Position numbers and translations under genes: made by a program. This document shows, piece after piece, positions 24,035-37,340 of a DNA stretch of 64,000 nt. Source of the stretch: Squalus acanthias (taxonomy: Eukaryota); NCBI GenBank assembly GCA_030390025.1, contig CM059432.1, positions 94,242,001-94,306,000 on the forward strand, in the 5' to 3' direction. The notes under the pieces were generated by a model. The model was not told the origin of the DNA. It was given only the letters and a program-made list of their open reading frames with translations, and made no database searches. How positions within the stretch are numbered: position 1 is the stretch's first letter; the number at the start of each line of letters is the position of its first letter.

Positions 24035-24856
24035 GGTATCGCAAAGTTTAGCGCCTGCTGCTAATTATCGCCTCCGACTGCAAACTTGGCTTCTATCGTG
24101 GCTGGAGGTGATTGGAGCGCTAAATCAGGCGCTACACACCTCTCTTAAGGTGCTAACGCCGAGGAGCGAGGCGCTACCTCAGAGCACTGGTGAAGCTCAT
24201 GTGATGTCAGTCAGCAATGGAACACAGACACACTGGCGCTGGCCAGTTCTTAAAGGGGAGGGTCGATCTTGCTCTCCATCCACACCGTACTCATTGCAGC
24301 CTTGAATCTCAGCCTGGAGAGACCTGTACATCAAATCTGCTGGAAAGAACAATGGAGAGACCCAGGGAAAGATCTCAGAGTGCAGCCCCCATAATCTCTT
24401 CTAAATCGATACAAGGAAGGTCAAATCAAAATGAACCTGCAAAGTGCTGCTCAGTACCCAAAACTCCTTCATCACAGCATTGAATCTCTCCAGAAGTCTC
24501 TCTCTCTCTCGCAGAATGCGTTATGCAAAAATATCGGCGACAAAAAAAGGCAGGAAGCAGTTGCCTTTAAATAGCGCTCCCCCAGTCCCTTCTCGACTGC
24601 AAAACTTTCCCCTCAACCTGTCGTTGCCAGCGGCAGGCGGAAAGGCAGGGGGGGGCACTCAATATCCGGTCCGGGGCGCTACCGGGGCGTTGCATGATCT
24701 GCGGGCGCAGGATGTCGTGGCGGTAATGTTTAGCGCTGCCACAAAATATCTGGTCAATTTTGTGAGCGGCGCAAACATCGCCGTGCCTGGGCGCTAGTTG
24801 CTCTGCGCCCCATTAGCGCCCTCTTAGGAGGCACAAAGCAACCAAATTTTTCCCCC
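24035..24856. mobile_element. Harbinger-like MITE related to 17351-18244, opposite orientation, one end missing
   Basis: Internal 24217-24510 is the reverse complement of 17720-18020; terminus AAATTTTTCCCCC followed by TAT. Confidence 0.75.
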
Positions 24857-25824
24857 TATGACTATAAGTGTAATACATCAATGGTAGTTAGGGAGGCACT
24901 GAGAAATTTATGTGATTAGGGATCTCAAAGACCACAATCAGACTACAGTTCCCAGCATAGTCATCAGACTTAAATGCTGAATGGTTTTAAAATGGCAGAT
25001 GATAGTAAAGTTCATAATTAAACAGAAATACTATTATAATTTTTAGTGATAGAACATATTAATAAATGCTAGTAACTAGAGATAATGAATTAAGTTAATT
25101 AGAATATACTTTTCCTAATCGTTCAAAATCTTTAAATTCTATTTTTATTGAAGTTGAAAATATAATTGTTGTGCTTTAGTGGCACATGTATAAACAATTA
25201 TGATATTTAAACCTAATTCACATGGCCATTCTTTTTCACAGGCTACACAGATTCCATGCATCAGCAAAGTCCAGTGAATGTGAAGAGTATTGAGAACCTG
25301 TGCTGGGAAGTTTGGATGGGAGCAGCAGGTTTTCAGTAGGAGCAGCAGCAGTTGGACTTCAGGTGAGCAATTTGTACACATAACATAATGACATTATTAA
25401 ATAGCTGCAGAGAATAATTGAAGATTTCTGTAATTTCATTTCCCCATTGTTAAGCAACAAATCCACTTCTGTTCAGTGTGCTTTATGGAGTTACTGTGTA
25501 GCTTGGGAAATGTATTTTATATTGAATAATTTAAGAGAAACTGTTGCGGTAAGTCACTTTTCATTTTCTCATGCCTGAGATAAAGCTAATGTAAATTTAT
25601 CTTTGCTTTGTTGGTGATATCCAAAGATAAACATTATGGCATTTTGTATAAAGAAAGTCGTGAGTTTGTCAGTGAAATCTTGCAGAAAACAAGGACTGTG
25701 TTTTGCTGATATGTTAGCTTCATACTCAAATTAAAAAAGAAATTCTAAGAACCTAATGAACACTTTCCCAGGGATTGTACATAATGAATACATCAACTTT
25801 AATGTATTTTATTTTAATTAAGTC

Positions 25825-26435
25825 ATAGGAATATAGGAATTACTAGATGAAAAAAGACCAAGGTCTATTTAGTTTGCCTTCTACCATCCTGGCAGTCACA
25901 TGATACAATGATAATGGAATGGTTGACTAATTATACCAATCAATCTCTATCAATTAGTCTACAACAGACCCAGGCATGACACAAGGAACATCCTAGTGGT
26001 GGAGAGCTTTGGGAACAATAGGTCCAAAGTCACCTGTTCCTCCCAAGCATGCTACACTTACCACATGTCATGTCTCAAATTACTCATATCCCAAAATGTT
26101 ACTTTTCTGAAAGAAATCTATCCAATTTGCATTTGAATGAATGAATACTAACTGCTTGCTTCCACCATCTCCCTAGAGAGCCTATTCCATAGATTGACCA
26201 CTCGCTCACTGAAATATTGTTTTGAATTTACCCCCCTTCCAGCGCAGGCCATGTCCTCTGGTTGTACTGTTCTGGACAAGGTGAAATAGCTTGTCATGGT
26301 CTACATTATCTAATTGCTTTAGAATCCTAAAAACAGCAATCATCTCACCTCTCAACTTTCACTTTTCCAGTGAGAACTTGCCCAATTTACATAATTGCTC
26401 CCAATAATCCATTCCCTCCATCCCCTCAATCATTC
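25825..26435 (-). mobile_element. Old, diverged CR1 3' end; continues at 30529-30925
   Basis: ataggaat-repeat tail and degenerate RT C-terminus; its RPHLE...IERIQKTATR continuation lies beyond the nested younger CR1. Confidence 0.65.
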
Positions 26436-29400
26436 ATAGAAACATAGAAGATAGAAGCAGGAGTAGGCCATTCGGCCCTTCAAGCCTGCTCCGCCATTCA
26501 ATGAGATCATGGCTGATCAAACAAATTCAGTACCCTGCCCCTGCTTTCTCCCCATATCCCTTGATCCCTTTAGCCTTAAGAACTATATCTAACTCCTTCT
26601 TGAATATATTTAATGATTTGGCCTCAACTGCCTTCTGTGGTAGAGAATTCCACAGGTTCACCACTCTCTGGGTGAAGAAATTCCTCTTCATCTCAGTCCT
26701 AAATGGCTTACCCCTTATCCTTAGACTGTGACCCCTGGTTCTGGACTCACCGGCCATCTGGAACATCCTTCCTGCATCTAGTCTGTCTAGTCCTGTTAGA
26801 ATTTTATAAGTTTCAATGAGATCCCCTCTCATTCTTCTAAACTTGAGCGAGTATAAGCCTAATCAACCCAATCTCTCTTCATATGTCATCCCTGCCATCC
26901 CAGGTATCAGTCTGGTGAATCTTCGCTGCACTCCCTCCATGGCAAGAACATCCTTCCTCAGATAAGGCGACCAAAACTGCACACAATACTCAAGGTGTGG
27001 TCTCACCAAGGCCCTGCACAACTGCAGCAAGATATCCCTGCTCCTGTACTTGAATCCTCTCGCTATGAAGGCCAACATACCATTTGCCTTCTTAACCGCC
27101 TGCTGCACCTGCATGCTTACCTTCAGCGATTGGTGCACAAGGACACCCAGGTCTCGTTGCACCTCCCCTTTTCCCAATCTATTGCTGTTTAGATAATAAT
27201 CTGCCTTCCTGTTTTTGCCACTAAAGTGGATAACCTCACATTTATCCACATTATACTGCATCTGCCATGCATTTGCCCACTCACCCAACCTGTCCAAATC
27301 ATACTGGCGTTTCTCTGCATCCTCCTCACAGCACACTCGCCCACCCAGCTTTGTGTCGTCTGCAAACTTGGAGATATTACATCTAGTTCCCTCGTCTAAA
27401 TCATTAATATATATTGTGAATAGCTGGGGTCCCAGCACCGATCCCTGCGGTACCCCACTAGTCACTGCCTGCCACTCGGAAAAAGAACCGTTTATTCCAA
27501 CTCTTTGCTTCCTGTCTGCCAACCAGTTCTCTATCCAAGTCAGTACCTTACCCCCAATCCCATGTGCTTTAACTTTGTATGCTAATCTCTTATACGGGAC
27601 CTTATCGAAAGCCTTCTGAAAGTCCAAATACACCACATCCACTGGTTCTCCCTTATCAATTCTACCAGTTACATCCTCAAAAAATTCCATTAGATTTGTC
27701 AAGCACGATTTACCTTTTGTAAATCCATGTTGACTTTGTCCGATCCTGTCACTGTTTTCCAAGTGCACTGCTATTACATCTTTTATAATGGACTCTAGCA
27801 TTTTCCCCACTACCAATGTCAGGCTTACCGGTCTATAATTCCCCGTTTTCTCTCTACCACCTTTTTTAAATAGTGGGGTTACATTAGCTACCCTCCAATC
27901 CATGGAAACTGTTCCAGAGTTTATAGAATTTTGAAAGATGACCAGCAATGCATCTACTATTTCTAGAGCCACTTCCTTAAGTACCCTGGGATGTAGATTA
28001 TCAGGCCGTGGGGATTTATCGGCCTTCAATCCCGTCAATTTCCCTAACACCATTTCCCTACAAATACTGATTTCATTCAGTTCCTCCCTCTCATTAGACC
28101 CTATGTTCCCCGACCTCTCTGGGAGGTTATTTGTGTCCTCCTTTGTGAAGACAGAACCAAAGTATGTATTTAATTGGTCTGCCATTTCTTTGTTCCCCAG
28201 TATAAATTCCCCTGATTCTGACTGCAAGGGACCTACGCTTGACTTCACTCTGCGTCTTAATGAAGAATTCTGTCATATTATGATCGCTCTTCCCCAAGGG
28301 ACCTCGCACAACAAGACTGCTAATGAATCCTTTCTCATTACATAATACCCAGTCTACGATGGCCTGATCTCTAGTTGGTTCCTCGACATATTGGTCCAGG
28401 AAACCATCCCGTATACACTCTAGGAATTCCTCCTCCACAGTATTGTTACTAATTTGGTTAGCCCAATCTATATGCAGATTAAAGTCACCCATGATAACTG
28501 CTGTGCCCTTATTGCACGCATCTCTAATTTCCTGTTTAATGCCATCCCCAACCTCACCACTACTGTTTGGGGGTTTGTATACAACTCCCACTAACATTTT
28601 CTGCCCCTTGGTATTTCGCATCTCTACCCATACAGATTCCACATCATCCGAGCTAATATCCTTCCTTACTATTGTGTTAATCTCCTCTTTAACCAGCAAC
28701 GCTACCCCACCTCCTTTTCCTTTTTGCCTGTCCTTCCTGAAAATTGAATACCCCTGGATGTTGAGTTCCCAGCCTTGGTCACCCTGGAGCCATGTCTCCG
28801 TAATCCCAATTATATCATATCCGTTTACATCTATTTGCGCAGCTAATTCATCTACCTTATTACAAATGCTCCTCGCATTAAGACACAAAGCCTTCAGGCT
28901 TGTTTTTTTTAACACTCTTAGTCCTTTTGAATTATTTTTAACTGTGGCCCTGTTTGATTTACACCCTTGATTTCTCTGCTTCCACTTTTGTTTTTCTCCT
29001 TCCTATCTTTTGCTTCTATCCTTGTTTCCCTTTTCTCTGTCTCCCTGCACAGGTTCCCAACCCCCTGCCATTTTTAGTTTAAACCCTCCCCAACAGCACT
29101 AGCAAACACTCCCCCTGGGACATCGGTCCCAGTCCTGCCCAGGTGCAAACCGTCCAGTTTGTACTGGTCCAATCTCCCCCAGAACCGGTTCCAATGTCCC
29201 AGGAATTTGAATCCCTCCCCATGCACCATTCCTCTAGCCACGTATTCATCTGAAATATCCTGCTATTTCTACTCTGACTAGCACGTGGCACTGGTAGCAA
29301 TCCTGAGATTACTACCTTTGAGGTCCTATTTTTTAATTTACCTCCTAACTCCCTATATTCAGCTTTTAGGACCTCATCCCGTTTTTTACCTATATCGTTG

Positions 29401-30528
29401 CTACCAAATGCACCATGACAACTGGCTGTTCACCCTCCCCCTCCAGAATGCCCTGCAGCCGCTCTGAGACATCCTTGACCCTTGCACCAGGGAGGCAACA
29501 TACCATCTTGGAATCTAGTTTGCGGCCGCAGAAACGCCTGTCTATTCCCCTTACAATAGAATCCCCTATCACTATAGCTCTCCCATTCTTTTTCCTCCCG
29601 TCCTGTGCAGCAGAGCCACCCACAGTACCATGAACTTGGTTGCTGCTGCCTTCCCCTGATAAGCCATCCCCCCCAACAATGTCCAAAGTGGTATATCTGA
29701 TTGAGAGGGGGATGTCCACAGGGGACTCCTGCACTACCTGCCTGCGCCTACTACTCTGCCTGATGGTCACCCATTCCCTTCCTGCCTGTGCAGCCTTTAC
29801 CTGCGGTGTGACCAACTCACTAAACGTGCTATCCACAACGTCCTCAGCTTCACGGATGCTCCAGTGTATATCCATTCACAGCTCCTGTGCCGCAATGCGG
29901 TCTGCCAGTAGCTGCATCTGGATACACTTCCCGCACACATGGTCGTCAGGGACACAGGAAGTGTCCCTGATTTCCCACATAGTGCAGGAGGAGCATGCCA
30001 CGGGGCCGAGCTGTGCTGCCATGACTTACCCTTTAATTAACTTAAATTAAATTGCATCAAATCAAAGACCACTAATTACACTACAATTAAATGATATTAA
30101 TTACTCAAGGGCCCTTGTTTACTAGCTCTCACCGCTACACAACAGAGACCTTAGAAACTATAAACCACAAAAATTAAGACCTTCTAAACCTTATACACTA
30201 TTAACCTTAACTGTCAAACTATAGAGTAGTATAAATACTCACCTGGCCGTACTCACCCAATCAGCTGCTTCCTCTTGCCCGCATCACTTTTTGAATCGTG
30301 ACGTGACTCTGGAACGCCGCCACCGGTCTGTGAGATTGGTAAGCCTCTGAAAAAACCCACGAAACTGAGTATAAATACTCTCCGGCTGCTCCTGACACTG
30401 GGCCTCTGAAAAAAACCCGCGAAACTGAGTATAAATACTCACCGGCTGCTCCTGACACTGGGCCTCTGAAAAAAACCCGCGAAACTGAGTATAAATACTC
30501 ACCGGCTGCTCCCGACACTGGGCCTCTG
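26436..30528 (-). mobile_element. Young CR1 LINE, near full length with an internal ORF2 deletion (~28245) and tandem 5'UTR repeats
   Basis: ORF1 (ATG near 30021; ORF 29390-29875 with GDS esterase), APE 28127-28915, RT 26863-28248 and 26527-26832. Confidence 0.93.
30343..30527. repeat. 60-bp tandem repeat, ~3 copies, in the CR1 5'UTR
   Basis: Unit ggcctctgaaaaaaacccgcgaaactgagtataaatactcaccggctgctcctgacactg. Confidence 0.95.
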
Positions 30529-30925
30529 GTTGCTGTCTTCTGTATCCTTTCAATAGCTGCAATATCCTTTTTGTACTGTGGCAACCAGAACTGTGCAGAG
30601 TTTTCTAAGTGTGGTCGCACCAATGATTTATAAAGTGGCAGGATTACTTAACTATTTCGGCTCAATATTGACTTTTAATACGTCCCAACATCTGATTTTC
30701 TTAACTCACTGCCACTGAGCATTGTTACAATAGCTTCAATTTATTGTCAATCAAGACCCCCAGATTTCTTTCACTTTCCATGCACATTATTTTCTTTCCA
30801 TTTAAGTAATAGTCCCTTCCTCGATTTTTTTGTCCCCATGTGAAGCACTTTGCATTTCTCTATGTTGAACTTGATCTGCCACCTGTTTGCTCAATAATCT
30901 CTGAAATTTGTCTTTTCCAATCATG
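30529..30925 (-). mobile_element. Old CR1 RT fragment (partner of 25825-26435)
   Basis: MVRPHLENSAQFWLPQYKKDIAAIERIQKTATR. Confidence 0.7.
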
Positions 30926-30929
30926 TAAA

Positions 30930-31190
30930 GGCAAGGGCAGCAGGCGCATGGGAACACCACCAGCTCCAAGTTCCCCTCCAAGTCACACACCATCCTCTTA
31001 GAAGTATATCGCAGATCCTTCATCATCGCTGGGTCAAAATCCTGGAACTTCCTCCCTAACAGCACTGTGAGAGTACCTTCACCACATGGACTGTAGCGGT
31101 TCAAGAAGGCGGCTCACCACCACCAAGGATGGGCAATAAATGCTGGCCTTGCCAGTGACGCCCACATTCCATAAAAACGAATGAAAAAAA
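30930..31190 (+). mobile_element. CR1/L2-group LINE 3' end fragment
   Basis: Matches 19612-19880. Confidence 0.85.
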
Positions 31191-31469
31191 TATTGAATTA
31201 AAAATGTTGTAGAATAAAGAAACAGCCCATAAATTCATAAATGTTAGCTTGGTCAAATGAAAAGCAAACTATTCCGTTGCCTGTTGGACCGAGAGATTGT
31301 GCTCCCTCACCACACTGCTAAACAAGTGGACGAGTTCCCTTGATGGCTCAGTGAAAAAATGAAAAGGTTTTGAGCAGTTTGCTTTCTCCCTGCAGGAAAG
31401 CATTGAGGATAGAATAGGTACTTTCTCATTGCAACATGGTTAGGGCTTAGTGAGGCGTTTTTTTTGTTA

Positions 31470-31800
31470 GTTTTTTCTCCTCCTCTGAAAGCACTGGTAT
31501 TTCCTGGGATATGGTTCCATGGGTGTTGGCAGCCCTCCTCACCCAAGTGCCCATTTTTTATGTGAGAGCCTAGACAGTCTGTGTTGACGGGCTATTCAAC
31601 TTTGGTACCATCAGAGTCTAGCCCAATCCTATCCTAACTCAGCATGCATACATATTCACTTTCCACCAGGAGTCACTGGGCAGTAGTCTGGAGTAGAAAC
31701 TCTGGTTCAACTTTCTCTTCCCTAGCTCAGGGATGCTGAGGCCAGTTGTTCCACCAGTACTGCCCCCTTCACTGAGAGCAGCCAAGCTCAGCACAAAGTA
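31470..31800 (-). mobile_element. LF-SINE-like element, diverged
   Basis: Reverse complement of LF-SINE-type motifs (ctgtctaggctc, cacttggg, gagcttggctg); similar to 38385-38770. Confidence 0.6.
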
Positions 31801-31933
31801 GGAATCTCCTTCTGATTTTTGTGCTCCACTCGGTGCTTCTTTTATTTCCTAGGGGGAGCTTGCAATGAGAGTGTTTGAATCTGTGCACCCTACTGCTGTT
31901 GCAATGTTCTGATGAACTGCATATGATCTATTT

Positions 31934-32017
31934 CTGGAAATACTCAGCAGATCAGGCAGCATCTGTGGAGAGAGAAACAGAGTTAACGTTTCAGGTCAAT
32001 GACCTTTCGTCAGAACC
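31934..32017 (-). mobile_element. Penelope-like terminal fragment containing a hammerhead motif (31981-32017)
   Basis: Reverse complement of 1174-1257: GGTT-CTGACGA-A-AGGTC att GACCT-GAAA-CGTT-AACT. Confidence 0.8.
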
Positions 32018-32019
32018 AA

Positions 32020-32641
32020 CCTGAAACGTACAGCGTACGCGGTCGTAAGTGCCCCGCAAATTCCGGGTTTCTGCATGCGCTGACTTGCGATCTGTCAAGT
32101 TTCAGCTTGACAGATCATCCGCATGCCCAGGAACTGGACATTCGCTGGCGGAGAGTTGGGCTATTTGCCCAACTACTGCCCAGCCAATGCCCACAAAACT
32201 CTTATGCCTGGTAAAAGCAGGCATAGGGCCTTCTTTTACCAGCGTAAGGGTGAAAATAAATACTAAAATAAATTTTTAAAAATCATTTAAACATTCAAAA
32301 ATCTTTAAAATTAGTTTTGGTTATTTTTGGCCCCTTTAAATTAAATTTTTGCTTTAAATGTTCAATTAAATTGTATTTTTATTAATGTTAAATGTGGTGA
32401 TTTATTTTTATTTAGGTTGTGTGAAAGTGTGCTTTTTATGTCATTCCGATTCATGCTTATGGGGATTCCGTACGTAAATGGAATCCCCATAAGCATAATG
32501 GGAATCCCCCTTTTGATTGGTTGGGCCAGCCCACGTGACCCCAGGGATGCTTGCGAAGATACGAAGGCACCAGGAAGGTGCGTACTTTTCTTGCTGATCG
32601 GAGGCATTCACCCGCGGGAAGCTTCCGACCACAATTTCAGG
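32020..32641. mobile_element. MITE-like element with internal 17-bp perfect hairpin (32453-32496)
   Basis: Termini cctgaaa / tttcagg; stem atgcttatggggattcc / ggaatccccataagcat. Confidence 0.5.
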
Positions 32642-34261
32642 TCCATTATGTACTCCTGGCTGCGTGCCAGAGTGCAATTTTTAAAATTTATTCAAGGTTT
32701 TATTCTCAGAGACACCACCAATAGCATTGCACTAAAATGGTGACGATTGCCAGGGTGTTAGAGATCGCTGAGATTTGGAGAGAATCTTGGGCATTGAAAT
32801 TATACTGTGGGATAATAAATGTTCCATGGAGCTGATTTTATAAATTTGCACTCCGGCACGCAACCTAACCCACTGGGAGTACATAATGGGAAATTACAGG
32901 TGTGTTCCCCACAATTTTCCTTCCATTACAATTTATGGATGAAACATTGTGGGAAGCACGCCCATGTTTGACCAACATGTGTGATTCTAGCAGAGAGGGA
33001 GCACACATTTAGAAAATTGTCTCGGATGAATTTGTCTGAAATTTTTCTCTTTAATATTTTAGTGGAGCTTTCACTAAATAGCAGAGCGAGAGAGAGAGAA
33101 ATTTACGGCAAATGAGCTAACAGTCGCTCACATCCTAGTATCCCCTCAGTATAATTTCAGAGCTTTGGAGTTTGAAGCTATGGGTTGTGTTCCAATCAGA
33201 AAGTCTGTGGTGACCGTGAAATCGCTCACAGAGCTCATAAGGATATAGGAAACACACCTGTGCAGTAGGGGTTGCTGCTTCGATTTTGGGGCCAAGGCAA
33301 GTTGTTAGAGCAGATTGGAGGGAGCTTTACTTTGTATCCATTTTTGACAATTATTCCAACATCGTTAATGTAAAAACACATTTTAAATGACTGTAAAATG
33401 ATAGTATAATAGCAGTTAAAAGATCTATTTATGTGTCTCTTGAGTTTACAGTGCACGGATGTAGTGAGGATATGGCGAAAAACATAGATAAATGTTGGGG
33501 GGCTAGAGCCAGGAGATCATGGGGATATGGTCACACGCATGAGAAAATGTAGACACTTTTTATAAAGCAACATTTTTTGTAATTTATTTTGTAATTTTTG
33601 TTCCCTGCAAATCTCCCCACCCACCAGCGCAAACAGGCACAGAACCTACTTTACGGCCTCTGTAAATGGAGTTCTGCAAATAATCCTTCGGCTCAGTTCC
33701 TGTGGAGGAGCACCGAGTCCCTGCTCAGTGCTTTCCCTTAACAGCACAGCTAAAATCCACACACAAACCAGTCATCTGGGCCATCAACACTGGGAAATCA
33801 GTAGTGACATTTATTCTTAAGCAAGAGTGACTCAGATCGCAATTCCATTTGACATCTAAATATATTGAGCTGTATTAAGTGACAAAGCAAAATAGATCAG
33901 AAGGGTAATTCTAATGTCGGGTACTGCAACAGGGGAGCGGTGCTTGCAGGAAGTGCATCATGGGTACCAGCAGGCCTGTAGCCCGTGATTTTCTGTCCGC
34001 TAGATTGCAGACTCACCCCTTGGATTGTTGATCCAAAGTGAGTATTGAGTAATCCTTGATAGTCTGCCCACTATTCTGTGGCACAGTGCGATGACGTGCA
34101 ATGCATTATGCCACAAACAAATAGAATTGAGATAATCAATATTTAAGGTGCTTTTACGTTTATAAACTGCAGCCCAATGGCACTTCTGCCGTCCTGGAGA
34201 TGCCCACCTGATCCCTGTCATATTTTTGTCCCTGGGATCATTACCGTATGGGAGGAAGGTT

Positions 34262-37200
34262 CTTTTTTTAAATTCATTCATGGGATGTGGGCGTCGCTGG
34301 CAAGGCCAGCATTTATTGCCCATCCCTAATTGCCCTTGAGAAGGTGGTGGTGAGCCGCCTTCTTGAACCGCTGTAGTCCGTGTGGTGAAGGTACTCCCAC
34401 AGAGCTGTTAGGTAGGGAGTTCCAGGATTTTGACCCAACGACGATAAAGGAATGGCAATACATTTTCAAGTCAGGATGGTGTGTGACTTGGAGGGGAACT
34501 TGCAGGTGATGGTGTTCCCATGCACCTGCTGCCCTTGTCCTTCTAGGTGGTAAAGGTCACGGGTTTGGGAGGTGCTGTTGAAGAAGCCTTGGCGAGTTTC
34601 CACAGTGTATCTTGTAGATGGTACACACTGCAGCCACAGTGCGCTGGTGGTGGAGGGAGTGAATGTTTAGGTGGTGGATGGGTTGCCAATCAAATGGGCT
34701 GCTTTGTCCTGGTGTCGAGCTTCTTGAGTGTTGTTGGAGCTGCACTCATCCAGGCAAGTGGAGAGTATTCCAACACACTCCTGACTTGTGCCTTGTAGAT
34801 GGTGGAAAGGCTTTGGGGAGTAAGGAGGTGAGACACACGCCGCAGAATACCTAGCCTCTGACCTGCTCTTGTAGCCATAGTATTTATGTGGCTTTTCCAG
34901 TTAAGTTTCTGGTCAATGTTGACCCCAGAATGTTGATGGTGGGAGATTCAATGATGGTAATGCTGTTGAATGTCAAGGGGAGGTGGTTAGAATCATAGAA
35001 ATTTACGGCACAGAAGGAGGTCATTCAGCCCATTGTGTCTGTGCCGGCCAAATAAGAGCTATCCGGCCTAATCCTACTTTCCAGCATTTGGTCCGTAGCC
35101 TTGTAGGTTGCGGCACTTCAAGCGCATATCCAAGTACTTTTAAAAATGCAATGAGGGTTTCTGCCTCTACCACCCTTTCAGGCAGTGAGTTCCAGACCCC
35201 CACCACCCTCTGGGTGAAAGAAGTTCTTCTCAACTCCCCTCTAATCCTTCTACCAATTACTTTAAATCTATGCACCCTGGTTAATGACCTCTCTGCTAGG
35301 GGAAATAGGTCCTTCCTCTCCACTCTATCTAGGCCACTCATAATTTTATACTCCTCAATCAAGTCTCCCCTCAACCTCCTCTGTTCCAAAGAAAATAACT
35401 CCGGACTATCCAATCTTTCCTCATAGCTAAAATTCTCCATCCTGGCAACATCCTCATAAATCTCCCCTGTACCCTCTCTGGTGCAATCACACTTTTCCTG
35501 TAATGTGGTGACCAGAAGTGTACACAATACTCTAGCTGTGGCCTAACTAGTGTTTTATTCAGTTCAAGCATAACTTCCCTGCTCTTATATTCTATGCCTC
35601 GGCTAATAAAGGAAAGTATCCCGTATGCCTTCTTAATCACCTTAGCTATCTGTCCTGCTACCTTCAGGGATCTGTGGACATGCACTCCAAGGTCCCTTCT
35701 GTTCCTCTACGCTTCTCAGTATCCTACCATTTATTGTGTATTCCCTTCCCTGGTTAGCCCTCCCCAAATGCATTACCTCATACTTCTCCGAATTGAATTC
35801 CATTTGCCACTTTTCTGCCCACCTGACCAGTCCATTGATATCTTTCTGTAGTCTACAGCTTTCTTCCTCAGTATCAACCACACGGCCAATTTTTGTATCA
35901 TCTGCAAACTTTTTAAGCATGTATTGAAGTCTAAATCATTGATATGTACCACAAAAAGTTAGACTCTCTCTTGTTGGAGATGGTCATTGCCTGACACTTG
36001 TGTGGCGTGAATGTTACTTGCCACTTATGCCAGTGTTCTGGCTGTACTGGAACAGCTTGGCTATAGGTGCGGCTAGTTCTGGAACAGAAGTCTTCAGCAC
36101 TACAGCCGGGATGTTGTTGGGGCCCATAGCCTTTGCGATATCTAGTGTGCTCAGCCGTTTCTTGATATCATGTGGAGTGAATCGAATTGGCTGAAGTCTG
36201 GCTTCTGTGATGATGGGAACCTCAGGAGGACGTCAAGATGGATCATCCACTTGGCACTTCTGGCTGAAGATGGTTGTAAATGCTGCAGCCTTGTCTTTTG
36301 CACTCAACTGCCATCATTGAGGTTGGGGATATTCATGGAGCCTCCTCCTCCCATTAGTTGTTTAATTGTCCACCACCATTAACGACTGGATGAGGCAGGA
36401 CTGCAGAGCTTTGATCTGGTCCATTGGTTGTGGGATCACTTAGCTCTATCTACAGCATGCTGCTTCTGTTGTTTAACACGCATGTATTCCTGTGTTACAG
36501 CTTCACCAGGTTATTTCCTCATTTTTAGGTATGCCTGGTACTGCTTTTGGCATGCTCTTCTACACTCCTCATTGAACCAGGGTTGTCATCTGGTTTGATG
36601 GTAATGTTAGAATGAGGGATATGTTGGGCCATGAGGTTACAGATTGTGGTGGAACACAATTCTTCTGCTGCTGATGGCCCATAGTGCCTCATGGATGCCC
36701 AGTTTTGAGCTGCTAGATCTGTTCTAAATCTATCCCATTTAGCACAGTGGTAGTGCCACACAACATGATGGAGGGTGTCCTCAGTGTGAAGACAGGACTT
36801 CATCTCCACAAAGACTGTGTGGTGGTCATTCCTACCAATACTGCCATGGACAGATGCATCTGCGATGGGTAGATTAGTGAGGATGAGGTCAAGTAGGTTT
36901 TTCCCTTGCGTTGGTTCTCTCACCACCTGCCGCAAGCCCAGTCTGGCAGCTATGTCCTTCAGGACTCTGCCAGCTCGGTCAGTAGTGGAGCTACCGAGCC
37001 ACTCTGGACATTGAAGTCCCCCACCCAGAGTACATTCTGTGCCCTTTCTACCCTCAGTGCTTCATCTGAGTGGTGTTGAACATGGAGCAGTACTGAAATT
37101 TCAGATTTCCAGCATCCGCAGTATTTTGCTATTGTATGGAGCAGTACTGATTCATCAGCTGAGGGAGGGCGGTAGATGATAATCAGCAGACGTTTTCCTT

Positions 37201-37340
37201 GCCCATGTTTGACCTGATGCCATGAGACTTCATGCGGTCCGAAGTCAATGTTGAGGACTCCCAAGGCCACTACCTCTAGTGGGTCTGTCCTGCCAGTGAG
37301 ACAGAACATAACCAGGGATGGTGATGGAGGAGTCTGGAAC
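34262..37340 (-). mobile_element. CR1/L2-group LINE (family of 18252-19880), degenerate, with nested insertions
   Basis: Family 3' end at 34270; ORFs 34690-34878, 36525-36935, 36959-37309 (YRPPS, VGDFN). Confidence 0.85.
34992..35957 (-). mobile_element. CR1 3' fragment nested in the previous LINE
   Basis: RT fragments (KFADDTKIG, RPQLEYC); flanked by GTTAGA duplication at 34986-34991 and 35958-35963. Confidence 0.88.
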
